Assembly: GCF_009914755.1 (NCBI RefSeq)
Contig: NC_060947.1
DNA length: 64,000 nucleotides
Source of the DNA: the human T2T-CHM13v2.0 reference genome, Homo sapiens
Strand: one strand, 5' to 3'
In this document: piece by piece, positions 25,328 to 41,204 of the stretch
Numbering within the stretch: position 1 is the first letter of the stretch
Layout: each line of letters starts with the position of its first letter
Program-made: the position numbers and the translations under genes
The notes under the pieces: model-generated
Database searches by the model: none
What the model was told of the DNA's origin: nothing
What the model saw: the letters and a program-made list of their open reading frames with translations, nothing else

Positions 25328-28300
25328 AAAGAAGGTAGAGCTCCTTGGCTTGGTGTGGCGACTTCTGTGAATTAGTTTGGGTTGGTAGCACTTGTTGCAG
25401 CTTTCTTTTTTGATTGGTTTCTGCAGTGTTTGACGCTACCGAGGAGGATTAATTCCACCCAAAGGGGATGAGATAGGGATACAGGAGAGTCAATGATGTC
25501 CCTAAAATTCTTTGTGTCAAATATTTCAACAAGCATTTGGGCAATTTTTGCTGCTTAGATTCATAGTATCGCTCATGGCATTCTCTTTTCAATTACTTTT
25601 ATTTTTAAGATGTATACCTTTCAGAACAACTCAGTTTAGGAAGGTTCTAGGCGAGACTGTTTTTTTCATACTTTTACAGCTTCACTGACAAGCACCAAAA
25701 AGTTTAGTGACAAAGTCAGGCAGTGAGTCAGAGAGCAGCAAGGGTCCTGGGTACCATCATATATTGTTGGCGTAACCGCTTCTCTTGTAAATCACAGTGT
25801 TTTGTACTGAAAAAGACTTGCAATAGTGACTTAAGGAGAGATTTTGAAATGGGCTTTTTCTTAAACAATGCATTCTCAAGGATGTTTTTGTAATACCCTA
25901 TCAGTATCTCTTAACCTCTGAGCTATTTAAATGCCATTCATGCATCATTCTCACAGAAAAGTCACGTAGGCATTTTTGGGGGTCTGTGGAAGAGGCTAGT
26001 TGGCTGTTTGAAAATATAGCATGTGTCACACGTTGAAATTTATCCAAAAATTACTTCTAGGTTACTTTTAATACTCATCCAATATAAATTGTTAAATACA
26101 ATAATATACTTCTTTAAGCAAAGCATGCTTCAGACTGGATTGATTAATATTAATTTATTGAACTCTGTCTCAGATAAGCTAGGCAAGAATTAATTAGAAA
26201 TTGATAAGGCATGGCCCCTGGCCTCAGGGAGTTTACAGTCTGGCAAGATTGATATGGAAGGAAGCAAACACAGATCTGAAAGTACTACTAGGACAAGGTG
26301 GGTGCAGTGTCTGCCTTAGCTTTTCTCCTTCCGACACTAAGCAGTACAGGAAAGATTTCACAGGGATTTGTGCGTTACAGAATGGTTAGTTTGATATGTA
26401 GCAGCCATTACTGGAAATTGCATATGACACTCAACGTAAACACATTATAGAAGAAAGTATGATATGTAGATTTCATGGCATTCATCAAATTCCTTTAACA
26501 TTTGTCAATTTCCTTCAATGTTTGACAACATTGAATTGTCCTTCAATGTTTGACAACATTTCTTTTAAACATGAAAGAAAACATTTGAACATGATTATCT
26601 CTAAAGATTTATTCAGCATTGTTTTTGTAATCTGTAAGATTTGTAGAGTTACAATGTGAGAATTCCTAGTGATCCAAAATAACTAGATGCCTGGGCTTAA
26701 TAGTTGAGATTGGCCAATAGTATATCGAATTGTTTGAAAGTAAAAAAAAAAAAAAAAAAATCTATTGAAATGGCTAACACATTTGAGAACTTTACATTAT
26801 AATGAAAAGCCAGCAACATCTATTATTCAGGATCAATCCAGTTTAATGGTTCCCCAATAAATCTAAGTGAATATATTTAAGCCAATTTTAAATTGATATC
26901 CCTCAAAATCTAAGCTAAATTTAAGTCCGGAAGTTTTTTTTCTACTGGCAATTTTAATAGAAGAGTAAAGAGTGATTACAAGAATCCTCAGTAATTAAAA
27001 TCAGTGCACTCTGTACTGAAAATAAATATTGATTATTTTTTTCAAGATAGTCCTTGAGATTCTCACTGAAATTCCTTCCAGGCCAGCAGTGTTAACAGTG
27101 ATGGACCACAAAGAATTTCAATTTGATATATTCCTTTGCTTAATTCTCATGATACTTTACAGTTGAATAGATATGACATATCTTCTGGCAATATTTATAT
27201 GAATATAAGATATTAAGTAATATGTAACATTCCAAACTTTTTACTGAACTGTTTCCATGGAAACCAAAGGCATGTCCTGCAAAATAGAAGCATTTTTTTC
27301 CTCCTTGGATAGGTATGAGGCATCTTAGGGATTCTGCTGCAGAAGAGCTAAAATCACTGATGTCATTAATTCTATATATTAATTACCTAATTGAATTTCA
27401 CAAAGGTCAAGGGAAGAAACATAAAATGTATTTTAGGCAATTTGACTTTAAACACATTACCTTTATAAAATGCCAAATCAAAGGTTCTCAATTACCATCA
27501 ATACAAAATGACTGCAGATGGTTTAATTTTAATTATGACACACAGATGAACAACCAAAGAGACACAATTTAATTTAATCTATATAAGGGGTTTTAAGCCA
27601 AATTTGTGATTATTTAGGGTTGTCCATAAAAATTAATAAACTATTTTAACAGACTATTTTAGCAAGATAATACCTAGAAGCCATTTTGATTAGGAAGAAC
27701 AGAAGCAATTGAATTCTGTCCTAGATGTGGTTACTTTACTTTTCTCTTTTTTACACTCTTTCATGAAAAACTTTTTACTAAGCTTCTAATGTTCTGTCAA
27801 GAATATTAGAGGAATTTAAAAGGCTCTGCCTTCATGGAACCCACAATTTAGTGACAGAGAACTGCAAGTTATAGGAAATTTGAATAGTAGGCATTATGTG
27901 TGCTTTTTAGGGCAGAATTCTGCCTAATACAGACTGTAAGGTACAAACCAAGAAAGATTAAAAAAAAAAACAGGAGAAAAAACAACAAATACAATTTTTT
28001 TTTTCAAAAAGACACTGACAAGAAAAGACCAGAAAAGACTGACAAGAAAAGGTCCTGTGAAGGACTCCCATTGGCTTCAATGATTAGGGATAAAGTCGCT
28101 AAGTAATGCAGAAAGTGGAGGTAGTTGCATAGATACTATCAGAAATTCGTTCTCCTAACTTGTCAGCCAGAAGACTCTCAACTCCTGGGAGAAATTAAAT
28201 CTGAGGGTCTTTCAACCTGAGGATGAAAAGTGAAGCAGAAAACTTGGATAAGACACAGGCTTGAAGAGGAATTAAGTAAAAGTTCAATTACTAAACTCTT

Positions 28301-28329
28301 GGTCTCATCCTCTACCCAGCTCCTAGTAT

Positions 28330-29420
28330 ATGTAAAAAGATCTCCAGGTGCTAAATGTTTTCACCATTGCATTCTATACCAACCCACTTATCAATCAAAT
28401 GAAGGTACAAAACACATTTTTAGACATAAGAAAATTCAATAACTTGCATACTGTGTACTCTAAGAAAGTTACCAAAAGATATATTTCAGAAGACAAAGGG
28501 GTAAACTAAGAGATAAAGACATGGGACCCAAGATACAGGAGACACAAGCCTGAAGAATGGTCAAATAAAGTACCAGAATAACAGCTAGGAAGCAGGCTTT
28601 AGAAAACCAGTGCAGGTCAGAAAAAGGGAAATTAGAGCCTCTAGGAAGAAGATAGTTCTAAGTTTTACATAAAGAAGTTCATGGGTAATATAATGTTTTG
28701 GACTATTTATAGACATTATCAACAGATGCTTTTGACATATTTTGGAGCATATTTATTCATATTTGGAGAAAAATGTAGCAATGAGTACCTAAAAGCCAAT
28801 CAAATGAAAGGTAAGGAGGAAAAGGAGAAGGAGATTATTAACTCCAATACAAATAAAATGCTTTAAGTAAGTGTACTCCATGAAACAAATGACCCAGAAA
28901 TCAAGAATATTTGAATCATTATTGATGCAAAGGTTAAACACTCATTTGACAATGGTAGAAAACTTTCTACTATAACCACATGGGGAGAAACTGGCTTGGG
29001 AAAGGGGGAAGCATTATAGTATAAGAAGTTAAATTTCCAACTACTATATTTCCAGTAGTCACTATTGTCAGAAACTGACGACTCCATTATACCTACACTA
29101 CTTACAAATATGGCAGTTAATACCACGTTAAACAGCTAAAATTGAAATGATTGCCTCTTAAGAACGGGGCTAGGCCGGGCACAGTGGCTCACGCCTGTAA
29201 TCCCAGCACTTTGGGAGGCCAAGGCAGGCGGATCACGAGGTCAGGAGGTGGAGACCATGGTGAAACCCCGTCTCTACTAAAAATACAAAAAAAAAAAAAA
29301 AAAAAAAGAACGGGGCTAAGTATACAGAGGAGGGACAGAAGTATACATACACTTACTGTAAGCCTTTTTCTATTTTATTTTTAGAGACAATATATGTGTG
29401 TATAACTGGTAAAATATAAG
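28330..29420 (+). mobile_element. HAL1-like fossil
   Basis: aagacatgggacccaagatacaggag...aataacagctaggaagcaggctttagaaaaccag resembles recalled HAL1. Confidence 0.55.
29173..29305 (+). mobile_element. Left-monomer-only Alu with the AluYd-type 12-bp deletion
   Basis: gatcacgaggtcaggag..gagaccatggtgaaacccc; poly-A directly after ctaaaaatac; TSD aagaacggggcta at 29160-29172 and 29306-29318. Confidence 0.88.
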
Positions 29421-29619
29421 TCAATTCATATCTTAAATATTATTCATAATTCAAACAACACGTAACCTTACAAATAATGTGAAATCCATCCCCCCAGATA
29501 CCCTTTCTAATTTCAATTGTCCAGAATATTCCATTATATCTCTAGACCCTAACACAATTTGTGACTCACATAATTTGGTGCATGACCCATGGGCATTATG
29601 CTAAATACATAGTTTGTTA

Positions 29620-29880
29620 CTATTTAGCTAACTTGTATGGAACTTATACTTCATTAGCCTCTGTTCTGGGTGCTTCTACATATATTAATTCATTTCATTT
29701 CCATAAAAACTCTTTAGGTATTTACATATATCAATTAGCACATAAACCCTTTTGGGTAAGTAATATTATTGTCTTTTTAAAGATTAGGAGACAGAGGACA
29801 CAGTACCTAATACTATACAGTTGTTAAACAACTTGGGGAATAAAACTCACGTTTCCTTGACTACAATGTCTTTGGTGATA
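29620..29880 (-). mobile_element. MIR
   Basis: gtgcttctacatatattaattcatttcatttccataaaaactct...attattgtc...gagacagagg. Confidence 0.6.
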
Positions 29881-31401
29881 ACTCAATAATATGATACATA
29901 GTAAGCAACTAGTACTAATTTTGGCTCAGATATGGTGCTCAGTGAATAATGTACATAAATATTAATCTGCATAAAGGATTTCAAAATACTTACAACAGCT
30001 TCCTAGTAAAGGCCTATATTTGTTAAGGAGAATAAACAAAAGCTCAGTTTTCCACAGTGCATATGGGTCTGTCAGTATTTGATACAAAATTCTCCTTTAT
30101 TTTGTATTTATTTTGCCTTTTCATAAATTCATTTTCTACATAAAATCTTTGTTTTAAACATATCTTTACTTACTATATTACTATTAATATATATCCATTT
30201 AAAAGAATGAGGTAAACATCTGTATACTAATTTGGAAAGTAAAAAGGCATAATTTAATGTATAACAGGCTCACATTTGTTTTCTGCAAGGCACTGGTAAG
30301 CATTTGTCTCCAGGAAGGGAGAATGGTGGATCAGAAAAGGAGGACTGGGAACTGACATTTCACTTTATAGTCTTCTCTGTTGTTTTAAATTTTTAAATCA
30401 TGATCATGTATTAATTGTATAATCGAATAAAGCTAATTACTAAAAACAACCCTTTGTTAAGCTTAAAAAATAACTAGGAAAATTTCATAGCTAGGCTTCA
30501 GACTTTTTGTATTTCCCCTGTTATAAAGCACAGTGCTAGGCAGCCAGGATCTACTCAGTATGGTACTACATAAATATTTACTAGGAAGAAAATATGCGTT
30601 CTGCTTGTAAGACATCAGATAGGGAAAAACTCAAAGGTTACTATTCTGCTTTGTTCTCTTTAACATTTTATCTTAAGACAAAATATCTGTTGCTCACTTG
30701 CCAAAATTAGTAGTTACTAAATAATGAGGCCTATTAATGACTAACGCACAACAAAGAGAGTACATAATCACTAACCTTTAATAATAAGATCAAAAGCCTA
30801 AACTGAAATGAAACCGATGGCAATAATAATAGCAGTGATTTGATTTTTGTTTTGAGAGATCCCTGTGCAAAGCTAAGAGTAAATTAGATATTAAATGCAG
30901 ATGGCAAGAAAAGGCTTTGTAAAGGCCATGGTTTATAAAATATAGCTCCTTATTATCTCAACAGAATAGGCCTATAAATTTATTTGAAAGATTTAAGTGA
31001 CACATTTTATAGTTAGTAAAAGATAATGAACAATAATTTCAAAGAGAGATTAGAAAGCAGTCAATTTTAAACCAAGTTTATAAATAGAAGAGGTGAAATG
31101 TCATGTTGACATCTTTGATAGCCTCAGTGGCCTCTCCTTATCAATTGACTGGGCATTCCTATCCCCTTACTTTTGAGGAAGGATGTGGAGAATAAAGATA
31201 TTAGGGACAATACAGAGCATTCTTCAATCAAAAACAATTGAGCAATGATTATTGAAAAGCTTTCATTCACTTTCATTAGCTACAGATACATTCTCAGTGT
31301 CGTTACTGATTTTATGCATTGAATATACTATTGAATGCTGAAGATTTAGACAAACTTTAGAATGAAGTGGACTTAATTATTGTAGAGGAAACTTATTTTC
31401 T

Positions 31402-31495
31402 CCATTTATTTATTCATGTATTCAACAAACTTTTATGAAAGGCACACTATGTGCCAAGAACTATGCTAAATGATGGGGATACAAAAATAAATGTC
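31402..31495 (-). mobile_element. L2 3' end (continues at ~34020-34165)
   Basis: attcatgtattcaacaaacttttatgaaaggcacactatgtgccaag. Confidence 0.7.
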
Positions 31496-31505
31496 AATTT
31501 CTGCT

Positions 31506-34005
<2,500 letters not shown>

Positions 34006-34394
34006 AGTTTAGAATCAAATAATAAGCTTACTGTCTACAGTGTGATGTCATGAAGAAAATAAGCAGTGAAAATATGGAACCACATGGGAAAACATCTAGT
34101 TCTGTCTTACTGGAAAGGAAGTAGAATTATGGAAGGCTTCTAGAGATGATGCCACAAGAATGCTATTCCTATTGGTATTTCTAAGCTTTCTAAACTTGCC
34201 ACCTTGGTTTGATATTATTTACTGTTTTAAAAATAAAGTTTTTATTTTAGAACAATATTAGATTTACAGAAAAATTGCAATGATAGTATAGAGTTTTCAT
34301 ATACTCCACATCCAAATCTCATTGCTATTAACATCTTATATTAGTATGGTTCATTTGTTAAAACTAATGAACCAATATTGATAGCTTATTATAT

Positions 34395-34632
34395 TGCTGT
34401 TCTTGTGATAGTGAATAAGTCTCATGAGATCTGATGGATCTATAAAGGGGACTTTCCCTGCACAAGCTCTCTTTGCCTGCTGTCATCCTTGTAAAACGTG
34501 ACTTGCTTCTCCCTGCCTTTGACCATGATTATAAGGCCTCTCCAGCCATGTGGAACTGTAAATCCATTAAACCTCTTATTCCTCCCAGTCTTGGGCATGT
34601 CTTTATCAGCAGCATGAAAATGAACTAATACA
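34395..34632 (+). mobile_element. 5'-truncated THE1B LTR
   Basis: gtgaataagtctcatgagatctgatgg...tgaactaataca. Confidence 0.88.
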
Positions 34633-35066
34633 ACATATCCTTGACCAAACAAAATTCAATTCACAGGAATATTGTCACCAAATTGTAATTTTAATTAAAA
34701 TTCCATAAAAATATGTTAAGCACCTTTTCACAGGCTTGTTTGCCAACAATTTATCTTCTTGGTAACATATATGTCCAGATATTTGCCCATTTTTTAAATT
34801 GGGTTGTTTGCTTATTATTGCAATTTAAATGTTTTTGTATATTATAGAAATATGTTCTCTGTCAGATATGTATCTTCCAAATATTTTCTCTCAGTCTTGG
34901 CTTGTCTATAATTTTTTAGACAGTGTCATTTGTAGAGCAAAAGATTTTAATTGTAATAAAGAACAATTTATGTTTTCTATTATAAATTTTGCCTTTTGGG
35001 TTGCTACAACTTACCTTCAAAGCCAAGTTTGCCTATATATTTTCTGACCTTTCTTCTAAAGCAATT

Positions 35067-37323
35067 TGATAGGGTTTGGCTGTGCCCTCACCAAATTTCA
35101 CATTGAACTGTAATAATCCCCATGTGCCAAGGGCAGGCCAGGTGGAGATAATTGAATCATGGGGACAGTTTTCCCCATACTGTTCTCATAGTAGTGAATA
35201 AGTCTCATGAGATCTGGTGGGTTTACCAGTGGGAGTCTCCCTGCACAAGCTCCCTTGCCTGGCACAATTTAAGACATGCCTTTCCTCCTCCTTTGCCTCT
35301 GCCATGATTTTGAGGCCTTCCCAGCCATGTGGAACTGTGAGCTTTTTAAATCTATTTTTCTGTATGAATTATGCAAACTCAGGTATGTCTTTATTACCAG
35401 CATGACAACTAATACATTAAACTGTTACTTGGAAAAGTGGGGTGCTGCTGTAAAGATACCTGAAAATGTGGAAGCAACTTTGGAACTGATTAACAGACAG
35501 AGGTTGGAACAGTTTGGAGAGCTCAGAAAGACAGGAAAATGTGGAAAAGTTGGGAAATCCCTAGAGACTTGTTGAATGGCTTTTACCAAAATGCTGATAG
35601 TGATATGGATGATAAGGTCCAGGCTGAGGTGGTCTCAGATGGAGATGAGGATCTTTTGGGAACTGGAATAAAGGTGATTCTTGCTATGTTTTAGCAAAGG
35701 TACTGGTGGCATTTTGCCCCTGCCCTAGAGATCTGTGGAACTTTGAACTTGAGAGAGATGATTTAGGGTATCTGGTGGAAGAAATTTTTAAGTGGAAAAG
35801 TGTTCAAAAGGAAGCAGAGCATAAAAGTTTTTAAAAATTGCAGCCTGATGATGAGACAGAAAAAAATAAAAACCTCAAAAAAAAAAAACATTTTCTGGGG
35901 AGAATTTCAAACAAGCTGTAGAAATTTGCATAAATAACAAGGAGCCAAATGCGACTTATCAAAACAATGGGGAAAATGTCTCCAGGGCATGCCAAATAAC
36001 ATCATGGAAGCCCTTCCCATCATAGGTCCAAAGGCCTAGAAGAGAAAAATGGTTTCCTGGGGTGGGTCCAGGACCCCCCTGCTGTGTACAGCCTTGGGAC
36101 TTGGTGCCCTGCATCCTAGCTGCTACAGCTGTGGCTAAAAGGGGCCAAGGTACAGCTCAGGCTGTTGCTTCAGAGGGTGCAAGCCCCAAGCCTTGGTAGC
36201 TTCCATGTGGTGTTGAGCCTGCAGGTGCACAAGAGTCAAGAATTGAGGTTTGGGAACTTCTGCCTAGATTTTAGAGGATGTATGAAAATGCCTGGATGCC
36301 CGGGGAGAAGTCTGCTGCAGCGGTGGAGTTTTCTGGAGAATCACCGCTAGGGCAGTGAGGAAGGGAAATGTGGGTTTGAAGCTCCCACAGAGTCCCCACT
36401 GGGGCACTGCCTAGTGGAGCTGTGAGAAGAAAGCCACCATCCTTCAGACCCCAGAATGGTAGATCCACTGACAGCTTGCACTGTACACCTGGAAAAGCTG
36501 CAGGAACTCAACTGTGGAAGCAGCTGGGGTGAGGGGGGTTGTACCCTGCAAAGCTACAGGGGTGGAGCTTCTCAAGGCCATGAAAGCCCACCTCTTGCAT
36601 CAACATGATCTAGATGTGAGACATAGAGTCAAAGGAGATCATTTTGGGACTTAAAGGTTTAATGACTGCCCTATTGGGTTTTGGACTTGCACGGGACCTG
36701 TATCCTCTCCATTTTTTCCTTTTCTCCCATTGGGAATGGGCATATTTACCCAATGCCTGTACCCCCATCTTATCTAGGAAGTAACTAACTTGCTTTTGAT
36801 TTTACAAGTTCCTAGGCAGAAGGTAACTTCCTTGTGTCAGATAAGACTTTGGACTGTGGACTTCTGAGTTAATGCTGAAATAAGTGAAGACTTTGGGGCA
36901 GTTGGGAAGGCATGATTGGTTTTGAAATTTGAGGACATAAGATTTGGGAGGGGCCAGAGGTGGAATGATACGGTTTGGCTGTGTCCCCACTCAAATCTCA
37001 CCATGAATTGTAATAATCCCCACATGTCAAGGAGGAGCCAGGTGGAGATAACTGAATCATGGGGGCAGTTTCCCCCATACTGTTCTTTTTGTTGTGAATA
37101 AGTTTCACAAGATCTGATGGTTTTATAAATGGGAGTCTCCCTGCACAAGCTCTCTTGCCTGTCACCATGTAAGATGTGCCTTTGCTTCTTCTTTGCCTTC
37201 TGCCATGACTGTGAGGCCTCCCCAGCCATGTGAAACTGTGAGTCCATTAAACCCCTTTTTTGTATAAAAAATTACCCAGTCTCAGTTATGTCTTTATTAA
37301 TAGCATGAGAACTGAAAAATACA
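35067..37323 (+). mobile_element. Complete THE1C-like provirus (LTR 35067-35416, internal, LTR 36966-37323)
   Basis: Two LTRs; 5-bp TSD caatt at 35062-35066 and 37324-37328. Confidence 0.93.
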
Positions 37324-38324
37324 CAATTATAATTTTATATTTTGCATTTAGTGCAATCATAAATATTGAAGTAATTATTGTGAAAAGTGTTAAGGTATAT
37401 CTCTAGATTCATTTTTTTTTTGCATGTGGATGTTCCATTGTTTCTGTAGCATTTGCTGAAAAGACTAATCTTTCTTCATAAATTTGACTTTGCTCCTTAG
37501 CCCAAAAATTATGTTTATATAAACCTACTTCTAAACTCTGCATTCTGTTTCATTGATCTATTTGTCTGTTATTTCACAAATATCACACTGTCTTGATATC
37601 TCCTAGCTTTATAGTAAGCCTTGATGTCAGGTAATGGAAGCCCTCCAACTTTGTTCTTCCCTATTAATACTGTGTCAGTATTCTGGGTATTTTGTCTCTT
37701 CATATAAATTTTATAATCATTTGGTTGATATTCACAAAATAACTTGATGGGGTTGAGATTGTACTAAATCTACAGATCAAGTTAAGAAAAATGAACATAT
37801 TAACAATATTGAATCTTTCTATCCATGAACATAAAATATCTCTGCATTTATTTACATTTTTTTTATTTCCTTCATCAGAAATTTGTACTTTTCCTATTGA
37901 TCTGGTATATATTTTGTTAGGTTTATACCGAAGTATTTCTTTTTTTATATTATTGTAAATAGTGTGATTTTATTGTAAAAATTCATTTGTTTATTGCTGG
38001 TATGTAAGAAGACAATTTATGTTTATATTTCAACCTTGTTTCCTAAAACCTTGCTACAATTAGTTACAAGTTGCGTGTTTATGTTGTTGTTGTTGTTGAT
38101 TCTTTGAAAATTTTTTGAGAATATTATGATCCTTGCACAAAGACAGTTTTATTTCTTCCTTCTGGATTTGTGGATTATGTTAATTGATTTTCAAATGGTA
38201 ACCAGTCTTGCATACCTGGAATATTTCACTTGGCCATGGTGCCTAAGTAATATATATGTTGTTGGATTATATTTGCTAATATTTTATTAAGGATTTTTTT
38301 CATTTATGTTCACAAAAGAAAATG

Positions 38325-38547
38325 TCTTCATTCCTGATTTTTGTCTTTTGTTCTGAAGCCCACTTTGTCTAAAATTCAAACAGGCATTTCTCCTTTTATG
38401 TTGTGATAGCATGGTATAGATTTCCCTAACTCCTCACTTTTAACATAAGTTTTAAATTTAAAATAGGTTTCTTATAGGCAGATGTTTATTCAGTTTGGGC
38501 TACTATAACAAATTACTATTAACTTGGTGGCTTATAAACAACAGAAA
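38325..38547 (+). repeat. Direct-repeat copy of 39780-40002
   Basis: 223-bp segments align end to end, roughly 90% identical by eye. Confidence 0.92.
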
Positions 38548-39936
38548 ACGTTAAGGAAACGATAATCTACAGTTTTCCTTTTTGTAATATTTTTGAGTGG
38601 TGTTAGTATGAGGATAGGTAGACCTCATAGAATAAGTCAGACAGTATTTCCTCTGGTTCTCTTTCCTGAAAGAGAATTCTATAGATGACTGATACAGTGT
38701 TGTCTTTAAATATATCATAGAAATCACCAGTGAACCAATCTGGGCCTTGTGCTTTCTGGTATGGAAGGTTTCAGTTATTGATTCAATTTCCTAATAAACA
38801 TGTTTCTATTCATAATCATAATTTTTTCTTTATGTGTATTTTAGTAGATTGTATCTTTCAAATAATTGGTCCATTTCATCTATGTTATCAAATTTGTTGG
38901 CACAGAGTTCTTCATAATATTTCTTTTAATGTCCGTGGAATCAGTCGTGATGCTCTTTTCTGATAGTAAATTGTGTCTTATTTCTTTTTTAATTAGTTAA
39001 CCTGTCTAGAAATTTCTCAAATGTGTTTATCTTTTCAAAAAATAGATATTGTTATATTGATTGCATTAATCCATATTTGCAATTTCATTGATTTTTACTC
39101 TATTTTGGATTGTTTCCTTCTCTAAGGTGGATGCTTATATTATTCATTTTATATTCCTCTTCTAATATATACATTCAATTTTCTAAAATTCTCTCTAGGC
39201 TCTATTTGCATAGCATCTCACAAATTTTGATAAGTTCTAATTTATGTTTCATTCATTTAGTTCAAAATACTTTTTAATTTTTTGAGACTTTTTCTTTGAT
39301 CCATGCAATGTTTTAAAGCTTTTTTTTTTTGTCTCTGACTATTTGGAAAAATTCCAGCCATCTTTCTTTATTGATTTCTAGATTAATTCCATTATGGTCC
39401 AAAATATACTATGTATGATTTCTACTTTTTAAAATTTGCTAATGTGTGTTTCCTATCTTAGGATGTTCTGTGTTAACTTCACTATAGTTTGTATTCTGTT
39501 GTTCCTATATGGAATATTCCACAACTGCCAAGTAGATCAAGCTGACTAATGGTACTGTTCAGGTCAACTATATCCCTGCTGATTTTCTGCCTGCTTGATC
39601 TGTGAATTATTCATAGAGGTATGTTAATGTTTCCAACTGTAATAGTGCATTTGTCTCCTCCTTTCAGTCTCATCAGTTTTTGCTCATGTAACTTTGATGC
39701 TAAGTTGTTAGGTGAATACACATTTAAGATTGTGAAGGCCTCATGAAAAAATGACTTCTTTATCATTACACAATGCTCCTCTTTATTCCTGATTTTTGTC
39801 TTTTGTTCGGAAGACCACTTTGTCTGAAATTCAAACAGCCATTATTCTTTCATTTTGTGATAGCATGGTATAGATTTCCCTATTTCCTCACTTTTAACAT
39901 AAGCTTTAAATTTAAAAAAGGTTTAATAAAGGCAAA

Positions 39937-40051
39937 TGCCTCATTCAGTTTTGGCTACTATAACAAATTACTATTAACTTGGTAGCTTATAAACAACAGA
40001 AATTTATCTCTCACAGTTATAGAAGCATGGCTAGGTCCTCATGAGGGCCTT

Positions 40052-40053
<2 letters not shown>
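39937..40053 (-). mobile_element. MLT1A/MST-type LTR fragment
   Basis: ggctactataacaaattac...cttataaacaacagaaatttatctctcacag. Confidence 0.75.

Positions 40054-40055
<2 letters not shown>

Positions 40056-40091
<36 letters not shown>
40056..40091. repeat. (AC)18 microsatellite
   Basis: Perfect run. Confidence 0.95.
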
Positions 40092-40093
<2 letters not shown>

Positions 40094-40094
40094 G

Positions 40095-41200
<1,106 letters not shown>

Positions 41201-41204
41201 TATA

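Larger units (their letters stand above)
34225..39935 (-). mobile_element. L1MB/MC-type element, interrupted by THE1 elements and a local duplication
   Basis: 3' end attagatttacagaaaaattgcaatgatagtatagag; antisense ORF2 motifs to ~39930. Confidence 0.75.
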
